NCBI RefSeq assembly: GCF_001447785.1
Contig: NW_015165371.1
Location: forward strand, 24,135 to 84,036
Reading direction: 5' to 3'
Length of the DNA: 59,902 nt
DNA from: Gekko japonicus
Lineage: Eukaryota
Shown here: positions 10,126 to 22,744 of the stretch, in pieces
Position numbering within the stretch: position 1 is the stretch's first letter
How the letters are laid out: the number at the start of each line of letters is the position of its first letter
Translations under genes and position numbers: made by a program
Notes under the pieces: generated by a model
Told to the model about the DNA's origin: nothing
Database searches by the model: none
What the model saw: only the letters and a program-made list of their open reading frames with translations

Positions 10126-11043
10126 TCACTTGGCTATAGCTTTCCTCAAAGCTGCTTTCACTTCCTTGTTCCGTATTGTATAAATGAAAGGGTTCAGCAG
10201 CGGGGTCAGCACCGTGTTGAGAACGGAGACCACTTTGTTGAAGCTGAAGGAGGAGTGTGCTGTGGGCTTTGAGTACATAAAGAGAACGGCTCCGTATAGA
10301 ATGGTGACCACTGTGAGGTGGGAAGCGCAGGTGGAGAAGGCTTTTTGTCGCCCCTTGCTGGAGGGGATTCTCAGGATGGTGGAGATGATGTAGATGTAGG
10401 AAACCACTGTGAAGAGAAAAGAACTGGGGATTATGGTCACCGTTCCCAGCAAGCCCAAGAATTCAACCAGACTGGTGTCAGCACAAGCCAATTTCAAAAT
10501 GGGTCCAATATCACAGTAGTAATGGTCAATGATGTTACTAGCACAAAACGGCAACTTCAGGAGCAAAACTGCCTGGGTGAAGATCACCACAAATCCCAGT
10601 GACCAAGCGCCTAAGGCCAGTAGAGAACAGAGCTGTCTGCTCATAATGGTGGCATAATGCAGGGGTTTGCAAATGGCAATGTATCTGTCAAAGGACATGG
10701 CGGTGAGGATGAGAAATTCGGTTATGCCAAGGAAGAAGTGGAAGAAGGATTGCACGAAGCAGCAATGGAGACAGATGGTTGTCCTGGCTGTCAGAAAGGT
10801 CTCCAGCATCTTAGGGATGATGGTAGTTGTGTACCAGATCTCAAGGAATGAGAGGTTGCTAAGGAAGAAATACATTGGGGTGTGGAGCTGTTGGCTGATC
10901 CTCACAATTACGATGATGAGGCTATTCCCAGCCACAGTGAGAATGTAGATGATGAGGATGAGGATGAAGAGTGACAGATGCCATCTTCGAAGAGTCGGGA
11001 AGCCCAGAAGGATGAAGTTGCTCATTGATGTCTCATTGGCCAT
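10126..11043 (-). CDS. Olfactory receptor OR6X1-like; 305 aa from MANETS (OR-2)
   Basis: FLEIWYTTTIIPKML, MSFDRYIAICKPLHY, KAFSTCASHL, PTAHSSF.NKVVSVLNTVLTPLLNPFIYTIRNKEVK closely resemble mammalian OR6X1 as I recall it. The upstream in-frame ATG at 11106 is probably intronic. Confidence 0.95.
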   Translation of the reverse strand: MANETSMSNFILLGFPTLRRWHLSLFILILIIYILTVAGNSLIIVIVRISQQLHTPMYFFLSNLSFLEIWYTTTIIPKMLETFLTARTTICLHCCFVQSFFHFFLGITEFLILTAMSFDRYIAICKPLHYATIMSRQLCSLLALGAWSLGFVVIFTQAVLLLKLPFCASNIIDHYYCDIGPILKLACADTSLVEFLGLLGTVTIIPSSFLFTVVSYIYIISTILRIPSSKGRQKAFSTCASHLTVVTILYGAVLFMYSKPTAHSSFSFNKVVSVLNTVLTPLLNPFIYTIRNKEVKAALRKAIAK

Positions 11044-11216
11044 CCTTAGGACTTGAGTAGAGGGTGAAAAAACTAGTAAGCCAACAGGATCCAAAAAAGC
11101 TAGCATATGAAAACCTTCTGTGAGACTTCAGTCGTACTGTCAGACATGAGGAAGCATGGATACTTTGCATGACCATGTCCAGGGGATTTCAGTATCACAA
11201 TCAGCCCTGTGAATGT

Positions 11217-11481
11217 AGAAGAAGAAGAGGAGATTGGATTTATACCCCACCCTTCAGTACCCAATGGAGTCTCAGAGTGGCCTTTCCCTTCCCCTCCCTA
11301 CAACAGACACCCTGTGAGGTAGGTGGGGCTGAGAGAACTCTTTCGAGAACTGCTCATGAGAGGACAGCTCTGAAGGAACTTATGACTGACCCAACATCAC
11401 ATCAGCAGCCGTATGTGGAGGAGTGGGGAATCAAACCCAGTTCTCCAGATTAGAGTCTGTGCTCCTTACCACTACACCAAA
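11217..11481 (-). mobile_element. Squam3-like SINE
   Basis: Same family as 5043-5300. Confidence 0.8.
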
Positions 11482-12604
11482 TGATACAACCGATGCTGAA
11501 ATAAAGACAAGCTCATCTCCTGCTCTGACCCTCAAGGCATTGTTTCAAAGGATGTCGTATCTTGAGGTTTCAAAATATGGCCTTGATTTCATGGGCATTT
11601 AATATTTATCAAGTGTCTAGTTGGACTTTAATGGGGACGTGGAGTGGCATGGTATGGCCTGATCTCATCAAATCTCAGAAGCTGAGCAGGGTTAATACTT
11701 TAATTGGGAACCAGCAAGAAAGATTCTGTGGAGGAAGATCAACATGGGGATACACTAAATAGTTTCTGCTCTAATTCTTCTTATTAAACTATACCCTGAG
11801 TCATCTCTAGTATTGACACTGGGTGTTCAGTGGATCGGATCCAATTATTCTTTTCCCAGAGTAGAGTCTTCCTGAAGCAGCAGTAGTTTCCTTGTAGGAA
11901 GATATTTAATTTAGGTCTGAGTCACTGGATCCAGCCCATTATTGGCTAGTTTAAACTGAAAATATTCAGAATAAAATGTTTAAAGTTATCCTACAGACAC
12001 CTGAAATGATCCCCGCAATTCTACTTAGATTGAAATTTTATGCATCAGGATCCGGAGACTAAATTTTTATTGGATAATCAAAATACAGAGCATGTTTTCA
12101 ATCCCACTGCTCTGCTCAGCGAGTGTGAAATCTTCCTTTGTTGCACAGAGGAAGACTCCCCCCGAATTGACCTCTGCTCTTAGCTAAGAAGAGGTGGTAG
12201 GGGTTCAACTGATTGGCAGTGCCCCACAAATCTGCCCCAGTAACATTGGTTCAAGGAGCCTTTCCTTGATACAAGAGGTTCTTCTACTGTCACACTTCTT
12301 GAACTGGATGGCATTGTCAAAGTGAGTGGAATGGATCTCTGGGGGTCCATTTGCGGCACAGAGATCCTATGTAAAAACGAATAACCTGGCTAATATCAGT
12401 ATGTGCTTTTGTCAGGCTTACAGAGCATTCTATTTCTTAAATCAGAAAATGTATTTCTACTGTTTTACAGTTGTTGTAAGTTACAATCTTGATAAATTAC
12501 CTAATTAACTGTTGGTGACATGAGGAAACCGCAGAGAAGAGGGATAGATATGAGAGCAAGAACTTTTAAGTGGATGCAGGTGGAAAGAGAGAAGGAGACA
12601 CACA

Positions 12605-12915
12605 GGGTGATGCTGCATCTAGCGTTCGCTCCACATTTCCTCAACTGGGAGGGAAAGGTGCAGCTCAAAACCACATTCAAATACCTCAGGGCAACACCGT
12701 ACTGACTGCAAAGTCACCCCGAACTGCCATAACTCTATGCAGAAGGTACCATAAAACCCCATGATCAAAGAAAGCAAAAGCGGCATGCAGTGTGGAGGGT
12801 ACCATAAAATCCGACGATCAAAGGAAGTGAAAACAGCATGCAATGCAGAGAGGAACTTCTGTTCCAAGGTGGGTTTTGTAAAGCCACGGAGGGACAAGTC
12901 AATGCAGAATCGCCC
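12605..12915. mobile_element. Harbinger-like MITE of the 6804-7132 family
   Basis: Degenerate TIRs gggtgatgctgcat / atgcagaatcgccc; 3-bp TSD ACA; internal similarity to the first copy in inverted orientation. Confidence 0.65.
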
Positions 12916-12954
12916 ACAGAGGCAAAGGAACAGACAGTGGTAGGGGATTTGTTA

Positions 12955-13243
12955 TTTGGAGGAGGGCAAGGAGGTGTTCCAGTTGGCAGCAGAGCATAGG
13001 ACCCGAAGCAACGGGTTTAAGTTACATGCCGAAAGGCTGGATATCAGGAAAAACATTTTCATGGTCAGAGTGGTTCAAAGGTGGAACCAGCTGCCTAGGG
13101 TGGTGGTGAGCTCCCCTTCACTGACAGCTTTCAAGAAGAGGCTGGATGAATATTTGTCAGAGATGCTTTAAGCTGGCCCTGCATTGGGCAGGGGGTTGGA
13201 TGAGATGGTCTGTATGGCCCCTTCCGACTCTATGATTATATGA
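12955..13243 (+). mobile_element. CR1 LINE 3' fragment
   Basis: RTRSNGFKL...RLDIRKNIF.VRVVQRWNQLP..VVSSPSL..FKKRLD is the CR1 ORF2 C-terminus, followed by a CR1-type 3' tail. Confidence 0.85.
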
Positions 13244-13998
13244 ATGGAAGAGCAGGGTGGCCACACATATGTAAATAGGTGTTTCAGATATGTCTATTGA
13301 ACTAGACCCATTTGCTCTATAGCTGTAAAAGTGTTTAATCTAGTAAGCATAAAGGCACAAATGTCTGTGGTTGGGAATCGTAAGGAATCTCACATATGGA
13401 GGTAGGATTGTTTGTGTGTGTGGGGGGAGAGGGATCCCTAATAAAACTTGCTTATTTAGAACATTTTATACCACCTCTTGAGGAACATGCCCAAGGCAGC
13501 TGCAACTTTAGCTCTTGTTGTTGTCTTACGTTGTAAACCACAAGATGATGCTGTCGCAGGAGGAGAGGAAGTTTTGCGGAGATGCTGCCTGCCTCTAAGT
13601 ATCTACTGGCTAAATCTGAAGGTTCTCAGGACCTCCCTTCCCACCCATCCTCACTTTGGATTTGTCTTTTATGAAAACAGAATTGATTTGAAACAGACTC
13701 CAAACTTCTAAAAGAATGGGGAAATTGACAGATTTTCAGGCAGAAACTAAGTACAAAGGAACTAAAGGAATGTCTCTTCACATCCTTACCCAGGTTCGAA
13801 TCCCCATTCTGCCATGGAAGCTTGATGGGTGACCTCAGACCAGTCAGATACTCTCTGTCTAGCCTACCTCACAGGATTGCTGTGAAGATAAAATGGAGAT
13901 GAGAACCATGCAATCCATTTTGGGGGCTCATTAGGGAGAAGGATAAGGTATAAATGAAGAAAATAAATAAGTATTGGTAACAACCATGCATTTTTTAA

Positions 13999-14275
13999 AG
14001 AGCCAGTTTGGTGTAGTGGTTAAGTGCATGGACTCTGATCTGGGAGAACCGGGTTTGATTCCCCACTCCTCCACATGCAGCTGCTGGGTGACCTTGGACT
14101 AGCCATCATTCTGTCAGAGCTGTTCTTGAGAAGAGCAGTTTCTGTCAGAGCTCTCTCAGCCCCACCGACCTCACAGGGTGTCTGTTGTGGGGAGGGGAAG
14201 GGGAAGGAGTTTGTAAGCCGCTCTGAGACTCCGAGTGAAGGGCGGGGCATAAATCCAATCTCTTCCTCTTCTTTT
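13999..14275 (+). mobile_element. Squam3-like SINE, full length
   Basis: tRNA-like A box (tggtgtagtgg) and B box (gggtttgattcc), TCT-type tail. Confidence 0.85.
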
Positions 14276-14989
14276 TCAGTGCAATTCAAAAATTTCATCC
14301 CAAGTCTTAGGTGACCAGCCTCATAACAACCTATCTGACTGCCATTATTTCCACCCACACCTCCTTACTCATATACAAAACTATATACTAACCATCCACC
14401 TTACAATTATTGCATCCAATAATGTTGTACATTTTCATAATAGCATTGAACTGTCCCTTTAAAACAGATAGTGTTAAAGGGTACTTACATAGCAGTTCTC
14501 TTGCTGAGAGGTTAAAACAGCCAAGGAAAAACAGTGCAACATGATTGTCTTCCAAAGCAAACAGAGCCGCCCAAATTAGCTGTATTGTCAGAGTCTTGAG
14601 CACTTTTGGGTTGTACTGCATGACTAAAGTCTCTCTTGATCCTACCCCAGAAGATGACTGATTTTTCAAATTGACGGGCTGTTTCATGTGGATTTATTCA
14701 AATTATGCAAGCAAAAATATTCTTTCCCCTCCTTAACTCTTCAAACCAATTTGTTCTTCTGATTTTCCATGAATACAGAGACATAGAAGATCAGGGTATC
14801 TCTCCAGTGCCAAAATAACTACGAGCCACTAGGACCTCATTGCATAAAACCATGCATCATGTTTCAATCAAGGTAGCTCTAGCTAATTACCGTGGCATCA
14901 CTCTGAATCACTGTCTCCAAGACCAGAGAGAACAGCCAGCCATAAACTTCTCGGTTAGTTTACAGCACTGAGAAATGTTGAGTTCATTA

Positions 14990-15400
14990 TTTTAGAACTA
15001 TGAAGTTGTCCATGAGGAATGATTCTCAGGTGGACCCTTGGTGACAAACCCATTCCCAATGTTATAAGTAACTGACCAAACATGATAATGAGCTGAATCA
15101 ATTAAGTTCAAACCCTTGTTTTAATGACATAGGGGATTTTATGACATAGGCAAATTATAATTTTATTTTGCTTGATGTCAACAATAAATAAATAATTGAA
15201 GGCATTCTTGTCTCCCTAGAGAAGGATTGTGTCCACATAGATGCCCAATGTTGCTTCCAATATGAGTGTCTGAAACCCATTGTAAGGCAAGTTTCAGAGC
15301 TTTCAATATTTCTATGGAGTCATAACCTGCCAAGAAGCTGGTAACCTAGAGATTGAGCAAGCTCAGAGCAAGAGGCATGATTTCCCCAGAGTGTAATGTG
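14990..15400. promoter_or_regulatory. Candidate OR promoter or enhancer (homeodomain plus O/E motif cluster)
   Basis: TAATGA 15086, CAATTA 15099, TTTTAATGA 15119, TAATTG 15193; O/E-like TCCATGAGGA 15009, TCCCTAGAGA 15213, TCCCCAGAGT 15383. Confidence 0.45.
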
Positions 15401-15764
15401 GAAGCAGGAGCTCAATACATGCATTTTGTGTTTACCCAAGGCAACGCAAGGAAGAATCAACCTCAACAATTTCCCTTATTGGGAGAAAATATATTTTCCA
15501 GAATTCACCCTCCTGCTCCCCTGTGGCTGGGTTTGTTCCAGTGCCTCTATCTATCCTAGGTGCCACCAGAAGGTTCCCCTCCACTTTCATGCTGTGGTCA
15601 AAACCAGAAGTCTCAGTTGATTGACTGTCCCAGTACTTGGATGGGAGACTTCCTTGGAATACCAAGTCGGCGACAGGGGCAGGCTTTATTCAGCCACCTC
15701 TCTGAATATCCTCCAGGCCCCCAGTAGGGGTCAGTCACCAGAGGTCGCCATGACTTCCAGGTGT

Positions 15765-15765
<1 letters not shown>

Positions 15766-15838
<73 letters not shown>
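15766..15838. repeat. (CT)n(CA)n compound microsatellite
   Basis: Directly visible; follows a 5S-derived SINE remnant. Confidence 0.95.
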
Positions 15839-15840
<2 letters not shown>

Positions 15841-16114
15841 AAAATGCCAAACCCCCCCCCAAAAAAGCCATCTTCTCCAGGAAAACTGATCTATTTCATT
15901 TGGAGATCAGTTAATTCCAGGAGCTTTCCAGGGTCCCTCTAGAAGTTGGCACATCTATTGTCGGTGCACGGGGACACGTTATTAAATATTAACCACATGC
16001 TTTCAAGGAAATTATGGTTAATAGCTATGAAACAGTCAGCAGAATCTGCTTTCTTCAAGTCTGTTTCATAGCTATTATCTTCTCTTTGGAGGCAAATTGA
16101 TTTCCTACCATAGT

Positions 16115-17046
16115 AAGAAGAAGAAGAAGAGAAGAGATTGGATTTATACCCCACCCTTCACTACCCAAAGGTGTCTCAGAGCGGCTTACAAACTCCTTTC
16201 CCTTCCCCTCCCCACAACAGACACCCTGTGAGGTGGGTGGGGCTGAGAGAGCTCTGACACAAANNNNNNNNNNNNNNNNNNNNNNNNNNNNNNNNNNNNN
16301 NNNNNNNNNNNNNNNNNNNNNNNNNNNNNNNNNNNNNNNNNNNNNNNNNNNNNNNNNNNNNNNNNNNNNNNNNNNNNNNNNNNNNNNNNNNNNNNNNNNN
16401 NNNNNNNNNNNNNNNNNNNNNNNNNNNNNNNNNNNNNNNNNNNNNNNNNNNNNNNNNNNNNNNNNNNNNNNNNNNNNNNNNNNNNNNNNNNNNNNNNNNN
16501 NNNNNNNNNNNNNNNNNNNNNNNNNNNNNNNNNNNNNNNNNNNNNNNNNNNNNNNNNNNNNNNNNNNNNNNNNNNNNNNNNNNNNNNNNNNNNNNNNNNN
16601 NNNNNNNNNNNNNNNNNNNNNNNNNNNNNNNNNNNNNNNNNNNNNNNNNNNNNNNNNNNNNNNNNNNNNNNNNNNNNNNNNNNNNNNNNNNNNNNNNNNN
16701 NNNNNNNNNNNNNNNNNNNNNNNNNNNNNNNNNNNNNNNNNNNNNNNNNNNNNNNNNNNNNNNNNNNNNNNNNNNNNNNNNNNNNNNNNNNNNNNNNNNN
16801 NNNNNNNNNNNNNNNNNNNNNNNNNNNNNNNNNNNNNNNNNNNNNNNNNNNNNNNNNNNNNNNNNNNNNNNNNNNNNNNNNNNNNNNNNNNNNNNNNNNN
16901 NNNNNNNNNNNNNNNNNNNNNNNTCTGAACGAACTTATGACTGACCCAAGGTCACACCAGCAGCTGCATGTGGAGGAGTGGGGAATCAAACCTGGTTCTC
17001 CCAGATTAGAGGCAGCACTCCTAATCACTACACCAAACTGGCTCTC
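16115..17046 (-). mobile_element. Squam3-like SINE halves flanking an assembly gap (16264-16923)
   Basis: Tail half lies left of the gap and head half right of it. Confidence 0.75.
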
Positions 17047-17073
17047 AACAATGCTGTCTGTAGTGGGCATAAC

Positions 17074-17489
17074 TAGGGTCATTTCGTAGAAAAAGAGGTG
17101 CAGGAGCTCATTAGCATAACTCATTAGCATAACTTATTTGCATATGCCACACCCCCTGACCTCACCGGAAGTGTGTCAGAAGGCAACACCCACCGCTCAG
17201 GCTCCACTGGACTGTTTTGGATTGCTAGCTATTGGGGGGGGGGGACACGCACAGATCTGTCCTCGAAGAGAAGGGAGAGCTTGTACCTGAATAAAACTTG
17301 GTCTTAAAGGTGCCACTGGACTGTTTTGGACTGGGGGGGCGGGGAGGCCTCTGCAACTAACCTAGCTGCTTCTTTCTCTGTCTGAGGGCTGCTGGGAGCA
17401 GGGGGTGGGGCTTGTTGCATGTGCCCACCCCCTGAGCTCTTTACTGCCAGAGCTCCGCTCCTGTGCGCTCCTGCAGGAAATGACCCTTG
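17074..17489. mobile_element. hAT-type non-autonomous element
   Basis: TIRs tagggtcatttc / gaaatgacccttg; perfect 8-bp TSD GGCATAAC (17066-17073, 17490-17497). Confidence 0.85.
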
Positions 17490-17827
17490 GGCATAACTCA
17501 TCTGGAAATAAAGCTAGAAGCCTCAAACTTAGCCATTGGTTTCAGTATGGTAATGGGAGTTGTAGAGCTGAAAATGAAGGGGATTTGGAGCATCCTGGCA
17601 TAGATTATCTCCCAAACATCCACATGATATTTAGAATGGATGCAAACACTTACTCATGAGAAGCCAGCAAGGCCAGGCAGCTCAGAGGCTGTGTGGTGTC
17701 ATGGTTAGACCACTGAATTAGGATCAAGGAGATCTAGGACTGAATCCTCACGCTGCCATGGAAGGTAAATGGCTGCCTTTGAGGCAGTAACACCTCATAG
17801 CTAAGCTGACTTCGTAAGAAGGTTGAG

Positions 17828-18016
17828 GGGCTGTGGCTCACTGGCAGAGCATCTGCTTGGCATGCAGATGGCCCCAGGCTCAATCCCCAGTCTAGGTAGG
17901 AGGCAATGTGAAGGACCTCAGCCTGAGACCTTGGAGAGCTGCTGCCAGTCTAAGTAGACACTATTGACTATGATGGACCAAGGGGCTGATTCAGTATCAG
18001 GCAGCTTCATGTGTTC
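17828..18016 (+). mobile_element. tRNA-derived SINE (Squam2 / Anolis SINE2-like) nested in an older MIR-like SINE
   Basis: Head ggggctgtggctca..ggcagagcatctgcttggcatgcag; tail gtagac...gatggacc...cagtat.aggcagcttc. Confidence 0.6.
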
Positions 18017-18435
18017 AAGGATGAAATGGAGGGTAGGAGAACGAGGTAGGCTGCTTTGGGTCCCAACTGGGGAGAAAGGTTGGGTGTGGCATCGGTTATC
18101 AATCTAAATTTGCCTCTAGCAACAAAAGATGACAGATCTTGTTTTTGCTTCACCTGTTATTACTGCAGACTTTTTGGCAGTAGTCAAAGCTGCTCCTTCA
18201 GTATTCAAACAGCTGTGAGCTACTGTGAGGGCAGGAAGGTATGGTGATGGTGAGTGCCGGAAGCAGGTGTGGAGCCTGTAGGAATGAGTGGGGATTGGCA
18301 ATGATGAAGAAAACCTCAGTAACAAAGCTGTTAAGCCTTAATCAGCGAAAGATGCTGAAATACCAGTGATGTAGAAATATTAAGACTGTAACAGACAGTA
18401 TGCTCTGTAAGGTAGGCGAACCTAAAATGCATATA

Positions 18436-18775
18436 AAAAGGTAAAGGTTCCCTTGCTCGAAAGCCAGTCGAATCCGACTCTAGGGTTGCGGTGCTCATCT
18501 CCGTTTCAAAGCCGAAGAGCCAGCGCTGTCCAAAGACGTTTCCATGGTCATGTGGCCAGCATGACTAAACACCAAGGTGCACGAAACGCTGTTACCTTCT
18601 CACTGAAGTGGGACCTATTTATCTACTTGCAATTTCTTGCTTTCTAACTGCTAGGTTGGCAGGCACTGGAACTAGAGACGGGAGCTCACTCCGTCATGTG
18701 GCACCCGGGTCTCGAACTGCTGAACTACCGACCTTCCATAGCCTGCAGTTCAGCGTCTTAACCACTTGAGCCACC
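18436..18775 (-). mobile_element. Sauria SINE (Squam1; Bov-B partner)
   Basis: (ACCTTT)n tail on the minus strand; highly similar to 37993-38352; flanked by gcatata. Confidence 0.8.
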
Positions 18776-19014
18776 GCATATACATATACAAAATATTGAA
18801 TCTGCCACCAAAATCCCCCAGCATTTGTTGAGGGAGTGAAATATTGTGAACTGATCTGCACAGTAAGTTCCTGAGCTCAGGTGCCAAAGCAGAAAGGGCC
18901 CTGTCATTTGCGGACATATTACTTGACAAAGTATGGGCATACATAATTGGACTTCTGGGGATGGGCTCAACTGGTGGACTGGTTCATATGCAAACAGACT
19001 AGAGTTGTCAGCAC

Positions 19015-19220
19015 CAGTGTTCCCTCTAAGCTGAGCGAGTGTGAGCTGTCTCACAGTTTCTTAGCTCCCAGCTCACACATTTTTGTCTTGGCTCAGGAAG
19101 GAGGGCTCCAGAGCCAACTAATTTATGCAGTAGCCACATTGCTCGCTCACAAATTTAATGCCAGTAGCTCACAAAGTAGAATTTTTGCTCACAAGACTCT
19201 ACAACTTAGAGGGAACATTG
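19015..19220. mobile_element. hAT MITE, 206 bp
   Basis: TIR CAGTGTTCCCTCTAAG / CTTAGAGGGAACATTG; 8-bp TSD GTCAGCAC. Confidence 0.9.
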
Positions 19221-19799
19221 GTCAGCACCCCTAGATTAGAACTGCTAACCCCAGTTCCAGGAGATCTCCTGGAAATTCATCTGATTCCCAGACAAATGAG
19301 TTCGGATCGCCTGGGGAAAACTCTTGCATTATACCCTGCTGATGTCCTTCTCCTCCCCAAACCCCGCCTTCCCAATTCTCCCTCCCAAACCTCCCTGAAT
19401 TTCCCAACCTAGAGTAGAACAGTCAGTTCATTAAGTAGTCTGGTCTCGGTCTGTGTCAGGCTTTAAAAGTAATAACCAGCACTTTTAATTGTGCCCAGAA
19501 CAAATGAGCAGCCAGTAATGGAACGGATCTTTCAAAAATGCCACAATATTTTAGTTATGGCTACTGATTTCTCTTATCCTCTTTTTAAAAGAGGAAATCC
19601 CCTTTAATTTCTCTTGGATTTTTGTTTGTAGAGAAATCAGTGCACTCCTTTGTAACTTCAGCCCTTGCAATTATCTTAGGTGATACGTCACAGGGTGATG
19701 CCGTCGCTGGAGAATAAGAAAGTTTGGGAATGCTTTGGAGCATCTACAGGGTGAAATTCTGAAAGCCTACTAATCTCCCTTTCTGCCCGTCATCTCTAA

Positions 19800-20133
19800 G
19801 GCCCCGGTCACACGGGCCGGATATCGTGGGGGGAGGCATGGCTGTTTGCCCCGGAGCAAACTACTGCGCGGCCGCCGAATCAAACATCCCGCCAAGATCC
19901 CGTGGTTTGGGGGGAGGTGCCGATCATACGTCAATCCTGTGGCGCCCTTGCCCCACAGTTTCCGGAAACTGGTACCTCAGAGGTACTAGTTTTTAACTCC
20001 GCATCTTCGGCGGGAAGCCTCGGGTTCGTCATGAGAGCTCTACGCTTCCCAGATGTTGCGGTGTGATCGCACCCGGAAAATCCACCTATCATCCATCTCA
20101 GTAGCGTGGCTAATGCTCCGTGTGACCGCAGCC
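19800..20133. mobile_element. PIF/Harbinger MITE of the 8115-8693 family
   Basis: TIR core CGGTCACACG; 3-bp TSD TAA. Confidence 0.85.
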
Positions 20134-21028
20134 TAAGATTTATTATTTTTTTTGGTCTGTTTCTAATCAGTTCCATTTTGACCAAATTCCTAAAAGGAGA
20201 AAGAGACATGGACTGCTGGAGTTCAGGGAGAAATCAAGTACAGAAGAATGAAGAAAAATTGTCTTAATAATGCTAGTTGCTAGTTAATAGCTTCACAATG
20301 ACATTTTGTATTAACTGGAACATCAAAGCTGTTTCCAGAGCCAAGCCCCATGTAAAATTCACTGCAACAATATCAACTGGATGCGATCAAGGCATGCATA
20401 TTTTTAACGTGTTCAACTTAACTGATTTTGTTATATCCTTTCAGTTGGGGGACAATACATGAAGAAATTCCAAATTAATCAGGTTTGGAAATGACCATAA
20501 TCAAGTGCATTTTGTAGGACATCTAAATTTTCACTTCCAAGTAGAAAAGCAAGTTTCTAGTCGAATGGCAGACCAACACAGCTACCTACCCAAAACACTC
20601 CCAAATAGTCATCCTTTAAAAAGACAAACAAACAAGCACTCCATTAAAGTCTCTCATTCTCTTTGTCTCATTTCTCTCTTTCCCAGAGATACAATTTAGG
20701 AAAGGCATTATTTAAGAACTTCTCTGTCTCTTGCTTGCTTACAGATGTTCTATGTTGAGTGTCGTAGACTTTCATTAAATGAGCTCATCCACTAGCTAGC
20801 ATTCAAAAAAAGTCAAACATTTGTGTTTTTTTTAAGAAAATGTGATTTCTAGACTTGCCTTATTTTACATTGCTATCATAATTACAAGGTATAAAAAATT
20901 ACCAAACTAACCTGGAGAAGAGCTATTACACCTCACTGATAATATTGCATACAGCCATGTAAACTGGGTCATTCCCTGCCCTCAAACATGAAATTGCCCC
21001 CCACACATCACCTTCAATTATTGCACCA

Positions 21029-22006
21029 TTAATAATATCCATAACTTCTTGAAAACATCCTGAAATTATTTAGGAACCCCTTCTTCTTCTGGATCATACT
21101 CCTGACAGCTTCTTTTACTTCGTTGTTCCTTATTGTGTAAATGAAAGGGTTCAACATTGGGGTAAGGGCCGTGTTCAAAACTGCTAACACCCTGGTTATG
21201 CGAGAAGAGGACTGCATGTTGGGTCTCACATACATGACAGTCAGTGCTCCATACAATATAGACACCACAATCAGGTGTGACGTACAGGTGGAGAAGGCTT
21301 TCTTACGGCCCATGGCTGAAGGAATGCGTAATATGGTGGAGATGATAAAGATGTAGGACACCATTGTTAAGATCAAGGTCATAATGATAATGATGAAAGA
21401 GCTAAACAATCCCAGCAACTCGATGATGTGGGTGTCAGCACAGGCAAGGCTTAAGAGGGGTCCTATGTCACAGTAGAAATGGTCAATGATGTTAGACCTA
21501 CAGAATGGCAGCCTCAAGAGAATGAGAAACTGGAAGAACAAAATGAAGAATCCTCCATACCAAGTAGCCAGAGACATCTGAATGCAGACATGCTTAGTCA
21601 TAATCATGGGGTACCGGAGCGGCTTGCATATGGCCAGATAACGGTCAAAGGACATTGCCGTGAGAATGAAGAGCTCTGTGCCACCCAGCGCAAAGTGGAG
21701 ATATAGCTGGGTCATGCAGCAATAGAAACAGATCGTGGTCTGTGCTGCTACAAGTGTCTGTAGCATCTTTGGTATAACAGTTGTGGTGTAGCAGATCTCC
21801 AGGAAAGCCAGGTTGCTCAGGAAGAGGTACATGGGAGTCTGAAGTCTTGGCTCGATGGCGACGACGACTAGGATGAACCCATTCCCCATGATGGTTGTGA
21901 TGTACATCAACATGCCCACGACGAAGAAGACGCTATGGAGATCATGTAGAAATGGGATGCCCAGTAGGATAAACTCTGTCACCGTGGTTATATTGGAGAC
22001 CTTCAT
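21029..22006 (-). CDS. Olfactory receptor, OR6 family; 325 aa (OR-3)
   Basis: LQTPMYLFLSNL, MSFDRYLAICKPLRY, KAFSTCTSHL, TPMLNPFIYTIRN; NIT sequon. Confidence 0.95.
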   Translation of the reverse strand: MKVSNITTVTEFILLGIPFLHDLHSVFFVVGMLMYITTIMGNGFILVVVAIEPRLQTPMYLFLSNLAFLEICYTTTVIPKMLQTLVAAQTTICFYCCMTQLYLHFALGGTELFILTAMSFDRYLAICKPLRYPMIMTKHVCIQMSLATWYGGFFILFFQFLILLRLPFCRSNIIDHFYCDIGPLLSLACADTHIIELLGLFSSFIIIIMTLILTMVSYIFIISTILRIPSAMGRKKAFSTCTSHLIVVSILYGALTVMYVRPNMQSSSRITRVLAVLNTALTPMLNPFIYTIRNNEVKEAVRSMIQKKKGFLNNFRMFSRSYGYY

Positions 22007-22744
22007 GATAGCAAAGTGCTAACAATCCGGTCCTGGAATCAAGACCTCTGGACTTCCATGACACCAATAAATATACACAGCTTTAAAACAATTAAACTCA
22101 CCTAGGTAATACAGGATGAAGAAGAAGAACTAAAGAAAACGTTCTATTGTCTTATCTGTAGTTTTTCTTCTTAAGGAAATAAGCTATTTTACACATAAAT
22201 ATCTACTGAATGTATTACTAATAAGATCTTTAACGTTTTAAATCAAGGCAGATGCTCATTATTCCTTTCAATTAAATCTCTAAAGCCAGATTTGGAAGTC
22301 AGGAAAACAGCGGAGGTATCAGAAACATCCCAGTAGTTGTGTGGAATTACATAATCGTCTAGGTCATATGGATTTAACAGACAGAATATATTAAACTTTT
22401 CACATAGCATTGCAATTGGGATGGAAGAAAATTATAAGGGGAATGGAACAGAAAGAAAGGGAAGAACAGCTACCTGCACAGAAATTCTTAAATAAAATGA
22501 CAATTTATAATTGACTGAACACTTAGAGTCACAAGACAAACATATACAAGAAGAATAAAGAGAATTAAAGTTAAACATATTTTGCTCATTTGAATTTGTG
22601 CTGGCTGCAGAATTGTGTGGCATAGATCAATAATTTAACTACGTTTAGCTTTTTAAAATATCCACGCCTGTCTTTCTCTGTTGTCCAAAAAGATCCACAG
22701 ACATACATCAGCTTCTTCAGAAAAGGTGTCTTTGAGCTGTGTTA

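Noticed and set aside
11044-11106. 21-aa N-terminal extension of OR-2 in the ORF track
   Set aside because: MANETS aligns with the other OR starts, and the extension overlaps a pyrimidine tract and AG acceptor, so it is probably intronic.
18295-18365. ATGATGA...CTGA resembling a C/D box snoRNA
   Set aside because: No convincing terminal stem, guide complementarity or host-gene context.
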